NCBI GenBank assembly: GCA_046342615.1
Contig: JBKDPB010000206.1
Span: 6,704 to 70,703 of the forward strand
Direction of reading: 5' to 3'
Length of the DNA: 64,000 bases
From: Planctomycetota bacterium
Lineage (GTDB): Bacteria > Planctomycetota > Planctomycetia > Pirellulales > Pirellulaceae
Under the pieces are notes generated by a model, which was not told the DNA's origin, made no database searches, and was given only the letters and a program-made list of their open reading frames with translations. Positions within the stretch are counted from its first letter, which is position 1, and the number at the start of each line of letters is the position of its first letter. Below are positions 1-9,700 of the stretch, piece after piece. Position numbers and translations under genes: made by a program.

Positions 1-1668
1 CCAGTAACCGAGCACATTCTTGTAGGTCTCCGGCTCATAGCGCAGGCGAGTTCCATGGGGAGTCCCCTGCGATGCCTCCAACCAGATCGCACCGTCGCGC
101 ACTTTGAGCTTGGGGGCCCGGCCCGCGACCGCTTGATTCATCGCGTCGCGCCAAGGCGCCCACGCATCGCCCAATGCGACCGCTCGCTCGGTTTGCCCGC
201 GAAGACGGGATGAATCCCGGTCGACGTAGATGGCTCGATGGAGGTCGGCGTTCCATTCAGGGTTGGGGGGGCATCGCTGCGCGGCGACCGATTGTTTCCA
301 CGCATCGAGCGATCGCTTCAAATCCTGCACAGTCTCCGCGTTCTTGGCGGCAACATCGACCGCCTCGGACGGGTCGGTATCCAAGTCGAACAATTCGTGG
401 ACGTCGGACTCGTAGTCGTGAACGAGTTTCCAGCGGCCGCGTCGAATCGCGCCGCTCGGTTTGCTTCCTTGATTGGTGTAGTGCGGCAGATGCCAATAGA
501 ACGCGCGGTCATCCGGTTTGGATGTTGGCTCCTGAAGCATGGGCCAGATGCTCTGACCATCCAGCGGACCGACCGATCGCGAGGGATCCACGCCGATCGC
601 AGCCAAGATCGTCGGCAACAGATCCATCAGGGATACCGGCGTTTCGACGACACGGTCGGAGGGTAGTTTTCCTGGCCATCGCATCAACAACGGAACTCGC
701 AAGCCTCCTTCGTACAAGTAACCTTTGCCGGCCCGATAGGGGCCGTTGTGGGTGACCGGTTGGCGATATCCCTCAGGTACATGCAATCCACCGTTGTCGC
801 TCGTGAAGATCAACCAGGTATTGGCGAGTTCGGGTGATTCATCGATCCCCTTCACCAGCCGACCGATCGCAGCATCCAACGACTCGATCGAGGACGCATA
901 AAGCGGATTCCACGCATGCGCGTTTCCCGCAACCTTCGACTCCGTCTCCTTGAGCATGATGTGAGGCGAATGATGCGGGATGTAGCACAAGCATGGTTTC
1001 CCCCGCGAAGCTCGGAGGAACTCGATCGCTTTGTCGGTGATCAAGTATTCATTCTTGCCTCCATCGGTCGCCGGATCCCCGTTTCCAGGGGGCTCAAAAA
1101 CGACGTCAAACCCTTGAGCCGCTGGGGACGATACCCCGCCTCCCAAGTGCCACTTGCCAAAGATTCCGGTCGCGTAACCGGAACGTTTCAGGACCTCAGC
1201 CAGAGTCTGCTCCGAAGGAATCAACTGCGGCTCCATCACGGCATTGAGAAGCCGTTGGCTCGGTGCATCGGGCCGGCCCGGTAGAAAGCTGGTGAGATGG
1301 AGTCGCGCCGGATTCTTGCCGGTCATCAACGCCGCTCGCGATGCCGAGCAGATCGGCAGCCCACAATAACCGCTCGTAAAACGAATTCCCCCGGCTGCCA
1401 GTCGATCCAGGTTCGGCGTGCGATGGTCGGTCCTGCCATAGCAACCCAAGTCAAACACACCCAGGTCATCCGCCACAATCACGACAATGTTCGGTAGCGA
1501 TGGGTTCTCGTCCTCCGAAGCCGGCCGCGGCGTATCGTTACCAACCGACAGCCCGCCCAACCCCATGAGCAGCCAGGCAACCAACCATGCCGACCAACCT
1601 CCGATCCCATTCTCCAGCCGCAACAGGGGGTAACTCACGATGTTCTTTCTGGTCGATTTCAAATGCAT
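1..1668 (-). CDS. Sulfatase (arylsulfatase A-like), C-terminus runs off the window edge
   Basis: Translated by hand because the ORF track omits it: PNIVVIVADDLG, TPNLDRLA, CSASRAALMTG signature, GKWHLG, FTSDNGG. The frame was confirmed open from 1668 down to about 781; I did not check below that. The start (ATG 1668) is approximate. Confidence 0.9.
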   Translation of the reverse strand, partial: MHLKSTRKNIVSYPLLRLENGIGGWSAWLVAWLLMGLGGLSVGNDTPRPASEDENPSLPNIVVIVADDLGVFDLGCYGRTDHRTPNLDRLAAGGIRFTSGYCGLPICSASRAALMTGKNPARLHLTSFLPGRPDAPSQRLLNAVMEPQLIPSEQTLAEVLKRSGYATGIFGKWHLGGGVSSPAAQGFDVVFEPPGNGDPATDGGKNEYLITDKAIEFLRASRGKPCLCYIPHHSPHIMLKETESKVAGNAHAWNPLYASSIESLDAAIGRLVKGIDESPELANTWLIFTSDNGGLHVPEGYRQPVTHNGPYRAGKGYLYEGGLRVPLLMRWPGKLPSDRVVETPVSLMDLLPTILAAIGVDPSRSVGPLDGQSIWPMLQEPTSKPDDRAFYWHLPHYTNQGSKPSGAIRRGRWKLVHDYESDVHELFDLDTDPSEAVDVAAKNAETVQDLKRSLDAWKQSVAAQRCPPNPEWNADLHRAIYVDRDSSRLRGQTERAVALGDAWAPWRDAMNQAVAGRAPKLKVRDGAIWLEASQGTPHGTRLRYEPETYKNVLGYW

Positions 1669-1789
1669 GCAAATGCCTAAGCTGCAATCTTCGGGTCAAG
1701 GGAGGATTCGGTTTCACTTCCGTGGAGGGGTCTTCCGATGAAGACGATGGAAACGAGTCGCCGCAGATCACTCTCCATGATAGCAAACT

Positions 1790-2884
1790 GTGTCTCGAAA
1801 AAATGGTGGGGGCATGTTTCGAGGTTTGGTCACATCAACCCACAGATTCTTGACTGAGCTGACGCAGCATCGTTCGCCGGGCAGGATTGCAATTGGATTG
1901 GCCTTGGGTACGTCCCTCGGTTTTCTTCCTGTCGACAATCTCGTCTGGGTCATGCTCCTGCTATCCGTTTTGTTTCTGCCTGTACACCAATTGTCAGCGA
2001 TCGCGGCTTGGATCTTGGTCGGTGTACTGGGGAATGCTTTTTCGGTCGTTCCGGATGCGATTGGAGATTGGCTTCTCTCCATGGACAGCGTGCGATGGTT
2101 TGTGGTTCAACTGCATTCCGTTCCGTTGGGGGCCTGGTTTCGACTGAACAACACGTTGGTCCTCGGGAGTTTCGCATTCGGCCTGATCATGTTGATTCCG
2201 AACTGGGTCGCTGGGCTGGCTCTGTGCAAACGAGCGGAGCGTCAGCGAGGCCATGCGCGGGTGGACGATTTTGCAGACGTCGCGACGGTATACCGCAAGG
2301 CACCGGTCTCGCCATCGGCTCCGGTCTCGCCATCGGCTCCGGCCGCGCCGATCGCTCCGTCCACGGCACTGGCTCCCGTCGCTCCACTGGCTCCCGCGAC
2401 GGTACCTCCGACGCGCAGCGAGCCGATTGCCGCGGAGTTCGTTTCAACAGCCGAGACCTCCTTGGAATCCACCTCGCGTTCCTTGCCATTATCCCTGCGG
2501 ATCGATCCTCCGCATCAGGATTTTGGTTTGGTTCCAGCCGAAGAATCGCACCGTTCGGACCAACTCGCCATTCGAGAAACGTTCATTGAATTGGTCCGTC
2601 TCCGAGTGCCTCAACCTCATCCTTCTTCTCCAACGAACGATCGCGCAGACGCTATGCTCCTCGAAACCAAAACGCCATCGGCTCCCCTGCCCGAGAGTCC
2701 ATCCGGCCTTCGTGCGGACGGGGATGAGTCCAACGGGATGATCTCGAATGACTCGAAGACGACCCGCTACTCGCCGGCCCATCAGCAATTGTCCGGCCCC
2801 AAGTCCTCGAATTCGCTTCGCTTTCTCCTTCGCCATCTGACGAGCCACCGCGGCGGGCACGAGAGCCAGGAGACGCAGGCATGA
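1790..2884 (+). CDS. TIGR03546-family membrane protein with Pro/Ala/Ser-rich C-terminal extension
   Basis: SPGRIAIGLALG...P and W-F-R-L-N-N-T-L-V-L-G-S motifs with hydrophobic helices. Overlaps the next gene by ATGA. Confidence 0.7.
   Translation: MSRKNGGGMFRGLVTSTHRFLTELTQHRSPGRIAIGLALGTSLGFLPVDNLVWVMLLLSVLFLPVHQLSAIAAWILVGVLGNAFSVVPDAIGDWLLSMDSVRWFVVQLHSVPLGAWFRLNNTLVLGSFAFGLIMLIPNWVAGLALCKRAERQRGHARVDDFADVATVYRKAPVSPSAPVSPSAPAAPIAPSTALAPVAPLAPATVPPTRSEPIAAEFVSTAETSLESTSRSLPLSLRIDPPHQDFGLVPAEESHRSDQLAIRETFIELVRLRVPQPHPSSPTNDRADAMLLETKTPSAPLPESPSGLRADGDESNGMISNDSKTTRYSPAHQQLSGPKSSNSLRFLLRHLTSHRGGHESQETQA
2303..2338 (+). repeat. 18-bp tandem duplication (CCGGTCTCGCCATCGGCT x2) encoding PVSPSA twice
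   Basis: Seen directly in the low-complexity linker of the 1790-2884 CDS. Confidence 0.85.
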
Positions 2885-4566
2885 AATGGCGGGATTCAGC
2901 TGGGCTGACGATTGCCGTAACGGCATTATTGGGTTTTAGCGCCCAGCCGGTTGCTCGCTGGATCGTGAATCGCACCGTATCCCAGTTTGCATCGGGGGCT
3001 GCGACGACAGCAGGGAACGTTTCCTGGGATCCAGTGAGTCAAACCTGGACATGCAGCAATCTCCGTATTGAAACCGGCGGAGGCGAGTGGGTGCAAGCGG
3101 CTCGAGCTACGGTTCGACTGGATGCCAACGAACTCTTTCGCCGCAATCTGGTGATCGATTCCGCGAAAGTCGACGGAATGATCGTGCAGTTCCCTCAGAT
3201 CCACGACGATCATGGATCGCGCTCGAATCCTTCGATCTCCACGTTTCCCGAGTTTTCGTTGGATGCGTGGGCCGATACCGTGTTGAATCAACACAAGAGC
3301 GATGTGCTATCCGCGTCGCAACGTCGCGATCGCCGTCGTCTTGAACTGCGACAACAGATGGATCGCTTGCTCAGCCGCTGCGCCGAAATCGAAAGCGTAT
3401 CGACCCCCAACCCTTTGCGGAGTCGTAGGGATATCCAAGAAGTTCGTCGGGAAGTTGCCGATTTGCTCCAAGCATTGGCCGAGGAAAGGATTCGGACTCG
3501 CGAAGCGGATCACAAGCTCGCAATGGCAACGGAAAAATTCCAGGAAGCCTGGCGCGACGACTTGGCCCAATCCGTTGTGAATCTCCTGCCTGAAAAGTCG
3601 CGTTTGGTGCAGCACATTGTGGACAGGAGCTTCGCCCAGTACTGGGAATCGCGCGGCCCGTTGATCGCGGTTGCATCCTCAACCGGCCGACCGCTGCAAG
3701 AACAACCCTCCTCGACACGCGGCCGAGACGTTTCCCTGCCCGGGCTTCCCAAAAACCACCTGAAGATCCGATCGGCGAATTTGTCCGGCTTGATCGAGAT
3801 CGAAAACAAGAAACCGATTCGATTCCGAGCCTCCATCTCGGGATGGGGCGACGAACACGGCGCGACGGAGCCTCAATCGAAATGGCATTTCGAAATGGTC
3901 GGCACCGATTCCTCGTCGACGATCGAAGCCGTTGTGGGACGCGCGAACCGAACCGACCCGAGCCCCGTCGCGATCGAGAGCCCGCCCGGAAGCAGCGAAG
4001 ATCTTATGATCACTTGGACGGAGCATACCGATCCCGCGCTAACCAGCCGCGGGCACTGGCAAACCACCGCCAAGGGAGATCGATTCGACCTGACGATTCC
4101 TGTCGATAGCATCGCAAACCTGTCGCGATCGGACATTTCGATCGCGTTCGAGGGCAAGATGGATTGGCAATCTTGCTGGAACGCGGCGATGGAGAATTAT
4201 CGAGGCCGCTATCTAAGCGCTTCGTTGCTGCTCGCCTCCAGAGACTCGATCGGATCGGATTACCCTTGCCATGACCAACATCCTGAGGCGAACGAGGAAT
4301 CGCTGGTCCTGGTATCCGAAATCTGGGAGCGAACCCTCGCCAACTATCTGGGAAGCATTTCCACTCGGATGCAGACTCGCATCGGGACGCTCCATACGGT
4401 GATGGAGCAGTTCCGAACGCAATGCTGGAGCGAGGGAGCCCAGCAACACCACGATTTCCTTGCGGACCTCGAACGGGAGGCCCAGGCTCTCCAGGACAAC
4501 TGGGACGACTATGGCAGCCTAAGCGACCGTTTGGCACGGATGCGGGGAAGCAAAGAGGGGTTTTAG
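2881..4566 (+). CDS. TIGR03545-like protein (N-terminal anchor, AsmA-like start, coiled coil)
   Basis: 561-aa ORF coupled to the TIGR03546-like gene, which is its usual partner. Contains an RGRDVSLP segment and a predicted coiled-coil region. Confidence 0.55.
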   Translation: MKWRDSAGLTIAVTALLGFSAQPVARWIVNRTVSQFASGAATTAGNVSWDPVSQTWTCSNLRIETGGGEWVQAARATVRLDANELFRRNLVIDSAKVDGMIVQFPQIHDDHGSRSNPSISTFPEFSLDAWADTVLNQHKSDVLSASQRRDRRRLELRQQMDRLLSRCAEIESVSTPNPLRSRRDIQEVRREVADLLQALAEERIRTREADHKLAMATEKFQEAWRDDLAQSVVNLLPEKSRLVQHIVDRSFAQYWESRGPLIAVASSTGRPLQEQPSSTRGRDVSLPGLPKNHLKIRSANLSGLIEIENKKPIRFRASISGWGDEHGATEPQSKWHFEMVGTDSSSTIEAVVGRANRTDPSPVAIESPPGSSEDLMITWTEHTDPALTSRGHWQTTAKGDRFDLTIPVDSIANLSRSDISIAFEGKMDWQSCWNAAMENYRGRYLSASLLLASRDSIGSDYPCHDQHPEANEESLVLVSEIWERTLANYLGSISTRMQTRIGTLHTVMEQFRTQCWSEGAQQHHDFLADLEREAQALQDNWDDYGSLSDRLARMRGSKEGF

Positions 4567-4608
4567 AAGTCCGGTGACAGGACGCCCACGACAGAGGGGC
4601 ATAAAAAA

Positions 4609-4710
4609 ACCGATCCAAGACCTACGCGTCTGTCCTCGCTGCGTCACTTAGGCGTGAGTGCTGCGACAGCGGACGAAACAGGGGCTAATTCGCGCGGGTC
4701 TTGAATCGGT
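4609..4710 (-). ncRNA. Candidate structured RNA (long imperfect hairpin followed by a T-tract on the minus strand)
   Basis: Terminal arms ACCGATCCAAGACCTACGCG and CGCGCGGGTCTTGAATCGGT pair. Inner arms GTCC-TCGCTG..CACTTA and TGAGTG..CAGCG-GAC also pair. A7 run at 4603-4609. Lies in a 427-bp gap between convergent genes. Confidence 0.35.
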
Positions 4711-4993
4711 CGGGCAAAAACAATCGTTCCAGCCTCGGGTCATCCAACAAACAACCCTCGCCGGGAGACGAAACTAGGGTGTGGCTTAGGGTCTCGGGGG
4801 ACCATTCGCCACATGAGAGCAAGCGGACCGCCGGCTCGAGATGGGCTCAAAAAAATTCCTATTTCCTAAGAATTCTCATCACAAAGCCGTGGGGACTCGA
4901 CCCAGCAGATTTGTCTAGCGGCCCGTCGAGAACCGACGAAACGTCCCAATCATGGACCTCTTGGGGCGGGTTTGTGAGAATCCGGGACGCCGA

Positions 4994-5602
4994 TCACTTG
5001 GGTCGCGGGAGCTCAAAGAGGTCTTGGGTCCGGCACCAGTACTCGGCCCCCAAACGAGCGATGGCCTTCAAACGCCTCGGATCCGGCATGCCATCCGGCC
5101 CGAGAATCGATTCTGCAACATGCATCGCGACCACTTCGCCGATCACCAAATTGGCAGCAATCGGCCCGTCTCCATAAGAGCGGATATCGAGCAGTCTGCA
5201 CTCCAGAGCCCACGGAGCGTCGGCCAATCGAGGGGTAGCAACGAGGCGGGAGGGGGCAGTCGCGAGCCGAAGTTGTTCGACTTCACTGACCTCGGGTGGG
5301 TAGGGCGCGCTGGACGCATTGATCGCGTCCGCATGCGATTCGGTGGAAGCATGAATCACGAATTCTTGAGTGGCTTCGATATTGACCAGGGTGTCTTTCT
5401 TGGTGCCGTCTCGCTTGAGAGTCGGGGAAAAGACGACAATCGGGGGGTTGGCCCCGAAGACATTGAAGAAGCTGAAGGGTGCCAGATTGACCAAGCCGTC
5501 GGCGGAACGGGAGGTAACCCAAGCGATCGGCCGCGGGGTGACGAGCCCGACCAGCATCTGGTAAACGTTCAATACCGCGCTTTCACGGACCTCAATAAAC
5601 AT
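4994..5602 (-). CDS. Flavin reductase-like (DIM6/NTAB family) protein
   Basis: PRPIAWVTS, NLAPFSFFN, KDTLVNI and IARLG motifs. Confidence 0.9.
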   Translation of the reverse strand: MFIEVRESAVLNVYQMLVGLVTPRPIAWVTSRSADGLVNLAPFSFFNVFGANPPIVVFSPTLKRDGTKKDTLVNIEATQEFVIHASTESHADAINASSAPYPPEVSEVEQLRLATAPSRLVATPRLADAPWALECRLLDIRSYGDGPIAANLVIGEVVAMHVAESILGPDGMPDPRRLKAIARLGAEYWCRTQDLFELPRPK

Positions 5603-5713
5603 CGCTCGGTTCCTTTAGGGTTCTTCTCACCAGGGATCGAAAACGATCATAGCCGGTTCGGATCTCGATGTAGAGGGTGCGAGGGATGCATAGCGTAGAA
5701 AGCTCGTTCGCCA

Positions 5714-5962
5714 GCGACCCAAGGTCGCCGGGGTCTTGTGCGCGTTGGGACGCGTGGCTAGCTACGAAGCTGGTTCACCGGTGACGCAAGGTCACCGGGG
5801 TCCGGGGAGCGGTGACGCAAGGTCACCGGGGTCCGGGGAAGCGGCGACGCAACGTCGCCGGGGGCTCGGGCTCCCCGGTGGCCTTGTGCCACCGGAAGCG
5901 GAGCTTTGCCGCTAGAAACGGGCTCACGCCATCCACGCCCCCCGGTGGCCTTGTGCCACCGG
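5714..5962. repeat. Cluster of six REP-like GC-rich palindromes
   Basis: CGGTGACGCAAGGTCACCG(GGGTCCGGGGA) occurs in tandem at 5779 and 5810. Variants at 5714 and 5842. Two inverted-orientation copies CCGGTGGCCTTGTGCCACCGG at 5875 and 5942. Confidence 0.8.
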
Positions 5963-6039
5963 AGGCCAAGCTTTTAATATGCGGCTTTCAGGCAAAACAG
6001 TGTAAAGCCAACGTTGTGCAGCAATGCCGGAGTGAAATC

Positions 6040-6501
6040 ATGATTGTAAAGATAATATTGACGAGCCTGTTTGTGGTCTTGCTCGTTGCCATCCCGTTCG
6101 CGGGTGGCGACGATGGAACGGAAAAACTCAATCCTGGGGTCGCAAACTTACCTTGGACTTTCGCCTCGATCGACGCCATGAAGCGATGGGGTGAATCGTC
6201 TGCCTTTGGTGGCGGCATGGTTTCAGAGCCCTATAAGCTGGGTGAGCATACGATCTACGTCGTCAACCGCATGCACACCTCGGGCGTGCTGACTTCTGAA
6301 TTGTCCATCTTCGTGGTCAACCAAGATGGCAAGGGCGTGTCTTTGGCGTTGTTTCAACCAGCTCGCTACATGGGGATTTCCACCAAGCTGGTCGATGACA
6401 CGATTGTGTGTGAATCGAAGGATCCCGAGACAGGGAAGTCGATGACCACCCTGACCATCACTCGTCACTTCTTCGATAAAAGGCTTTTTCCCCCGGGATG
6501 A
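6040..6501 (+). CDS. Hypothetical secreted protein
   Basis: ATG 6040 follows GGAG and begins a signal-peptide-like stretch (MIVKIILTSLFVVLLVAIPFAG). The longer 5812 start only reads through the repeat array. Confidence 0.6.
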   Translation: MIVKIILTSLFVVLLVAIPFAGGDDGTEKLNPGVANLPWTFASIDAMKRWGESSAFGGGMVSEPYKLGEHTIYVVNRMHTSGVLTSELSIFVVNQDGKGVSLALFQPARYMGISTKLVDDTIVCESKDPETGKSMTTLTITRHFFDKRLFPPG

Positions 6502-6797
6502 GAGCCGATGCTTGGATGGCCACGCCGCCTTAATCGGTTATCGACCCAGATCCGTTTGTCTCGTCGATGGTTGCAGCAGCGCCGTCATTCCATCCACACC
6601 GATGGCCGACACGTTGGAGTTCGCGGCGCTGGTTTTGAGGCGGTCGGATTCGAACAAAGCTTGCGAAATCTTGAAAAATGCTTCTGCAAAAAGCAGTTTT
6701 CCATGGACTCGCCCGCCGGGTATACTGGAACGCGAACTGAAACGCCGAAAAGGTTGTTCATCCTACCCGCCCCTCGCCCTTCCCTCCTGAGTTTGCC

Positions 6798-9700
6798 ATG
6801 CAGCGGACAGATGCCTTCGCCAGGGGACTGTTTTCCCTGATCTTGTCAGTCCTTCCCGCGTCGTTGGCATCGGGTGAAACTGCGACGACAAAAAGCCTTG
6901 ATTTCAATCGTGATATCAGGCCGATTCTTTCCAATCGATGCTTCCGCTGTCATGGTCCCGACGAAAGCGAACGTCAAGGGGGTGGCAATTCGGGCTTGAG
7001 GCTCGACACCCCGGAAGGACTTGCCGAAGACCTGGGGGGCCATTTCGCGGTGGTTCCTGGAAAGCCAGAGCAAAGTGAGTTGATCGCACGGATCAAGTCG
7101 CGAGATGCAACCGAGGTGATGCCTCCTCCGGAAACGGGACCTCCATTGAACGATGCCGAGATTGCATTGCTGGAGCGTTGGGTGAGCGAGAATGCGCCGT
7201 TCGCAATCCACTGGGCTTATCGCGTCCCTCAGCGACCCGCTCTCCCTCAACGGGCATCCGAGCAGGAGCAAAAATGGATCAAGACCCCCTTAGATCATTT
7301 TGTTCTTGAGCGCTTGCGTCGCGAAGGTCTCGCGCCCCAGGCCGAGGCGGATCGCTATGCTCTCATTCGCCGAGTTGCCTTGGATGTTACCGGTTTGCCG
7401 CCAAGCCAAGAGGAAATTCAACGGTTCATCGAGGACGCATCCGGCGACGCCTACGAAAAAATGGTGGATCGTTTTCTGGCCAAAGAAACCTATGGCGAAC
7501 ATTGGGCGCGCATGTGGCTCGATATGGCGCGGTACGCTGACTCGTCAGGCTACGCCGACGATCCCGCACGGACCATCTGGCTGTACCGCGATTATGTGAT
7601 CGGGGCTTTCAACCGCAATTTGCCCTTCGATCAATTTACGATCGAACAGCTAGCCGGGGACATGCTCCCCAATGCTTCTGCAGAGCAACTGATTGCGACC
7701 GCTTTCCATCGCAACACGCTGACCAACAACGAAGGGGGAACCAACGATGAGGAATTCCGCAATGTGGCAGTCGTGGACCGCGTGAATACCACCTACGCGG
7801 TTTGGATGGGAACGACCATGGCATGTGCTCAGTGCCACAGCCATAAGTACGACCCGATCACTCAACAAGAATACTTTCAGACCTTCGCCATTTTCAATAA
7901 CACCGAGGACGCGGATCGCGGTGATGAATCACCGCTGTACGAAGCCTGGACAGAGGAGCAATTGAAGCGCCGTGCGGAACTCGACCAACGATTCGCTGCC
8001 GATGTCAAAATACTCGACACGATGACACCCGAATTGGAAGCATCACGGAAGGCTTGGGAGACCAGCTTGTCCAAGAAGCCCGAATGGATGATTCCCAATG
8101 TAGCATCCGCTACAAGTGAAGCTGGCGTTACGTTGACGATCGATCCAGCGAGCCGCATCATTCGCAGCGCTGCGGGGGCCGGGAAAGATAATTTTCAAAT
8201 CGATCTGGATCTGGCCAACGCAAAGATCGCTGGCGCATCGAAGCTCGCAGCGATTCAGTTGGAAACCTTTGCCGACGACGGCCTGCCAAACAAAGGTCCA
8301 GGTTGGAACAATGGCAATTTCATCCTCACCGAGCTGCGAGCGACATTGCTGCCTCCGGCAGGAACGCACCTCAGCGGACGTTATGTGCGAGTCGAGTTGC
8401 CTGGCGAGAATAGGATTCTCTCCCTGGCTGAAGTCGAGGTATTCGCCAAGGGGGAGAACATTGCACGCAAAGGTACCGCGACGCAGAGCAACGTCGCCTT
8501 CGAAGGTGTGCCCGCGCGAGCGATCGATGGAAACACCAATGGAAACTATTTCGAAGCCAACTCGGTAACGCACTCCGAGGTTCATGTCACCAATCCTTGG
8601 TGGGAGGTGGATCTTGGATCGGTCCAATCGATCGACAAGATCGCAGTATGGAATCGAACGGACGGCGGGGCGACGATTTCCGAACGACTCCAAGGTGCAC
8701 GGGTTCAAGTGCTAGGTGAGGACAAAAAGGTTCTCTGGGAAAAAACGATCGGTGATACTTCCAAGCCCGATGTCGCCTGGGATGTCGACGGATCGCGCAC
8801 CATTACCTTCGCCGCTGCCGTCGCCGATTACCAGCAAGGAGATTACGTAGCAGCCAATCTCGCGAGCAACAGGATTGATCCCAGCAAAGGATGGGGGGTA
8901 GGAGGTGGGGCGGGACGCGATCACCGAGTCACCTTGGTCGCATCCGAACCCATCGATGTTCCCGAAGGCAGTCGACTGCGTGTCTCGCTGATTCATCAAT
9001 CGCCGCATACGCAACACATCATCGGCCGTTTTCGTTTGTCGGTTACCGGCGAAGCTGCAGCCCTCAAGTGGGCTAATATTCGGAAAGACATGCAATCGAT
9101 CCTGGAAACCGCCGAAGGAGATCGAACGGAATCGCAAAAAGCTGCTGTCGCAACCTTCTATCGCTCGATCGCCCCGGAACTCGATGGCGTGCGGACTCGA
9201 CTGGAGGCCGCGCGAGCCGAACTCGCTTCCTTCAAGCCATCCACCACTGTACCGATTCTCCGGGAGCGGGGTGCCGATCGTCAGCGCGTGACCAAATTGC
9301 AACATCGCGGCAATTACCTCGACTTGGGCGATGAGGTGAAGCCTGGCATCCCCGGTGTCTTCAAAGCAGGCGATCAGCAGGTCAACAATCGACTCGAATT
9401 GGCAAAGTGGATCGTGTCGAAGGACAATCCTCTCACCGCCCGAGTGACCGTCAATCGGTACTGGGAACAACTCTTTGGAACCGGTCTTGTCGCTACGGCA
9501 GAAGAGTTTGGTTCCCAAGGCGATTTGCCAAGCCATGCGGAATTGCTCGACTGGCTAGCTGTCGATTTTGTCGAGAGCGGTTGGAACATGAAGCAGTTGC
9601 TGCGCACGTTGCTCATGAGTGCGACCTATCGTCAATCGTCGAAGGTTTCGCCCGACGTGGTGCAGTTGGATCCCGACAATCGCTTGCTGGCGCGCGGTCC

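Noticed and set aside
1318-1350. Sulfatase signature CSASR instead of CxPxR as a sign of inactivation
   Set aside because: CxAxR is a known functional variant of the formylglycine motif.
4630-4684. Hammerhead ribozyme (GGACGAAAC segment)
   Set aside because: The required CTGANGA core is not present upstream.
5714-5962. CRISPR array
   Set aside because: Units are adjacent palindromes in mixed orientation with no unique spacers, and there are no cas genes.
5975-6025. Integron attC-like site before the orphan gene (GGCTTTCA...TGTAAAGCC-AAC-GTTGTGC)
   Set aside because: No matching inverse core (RYYYAAC), no second site after the gene, and no integrase.
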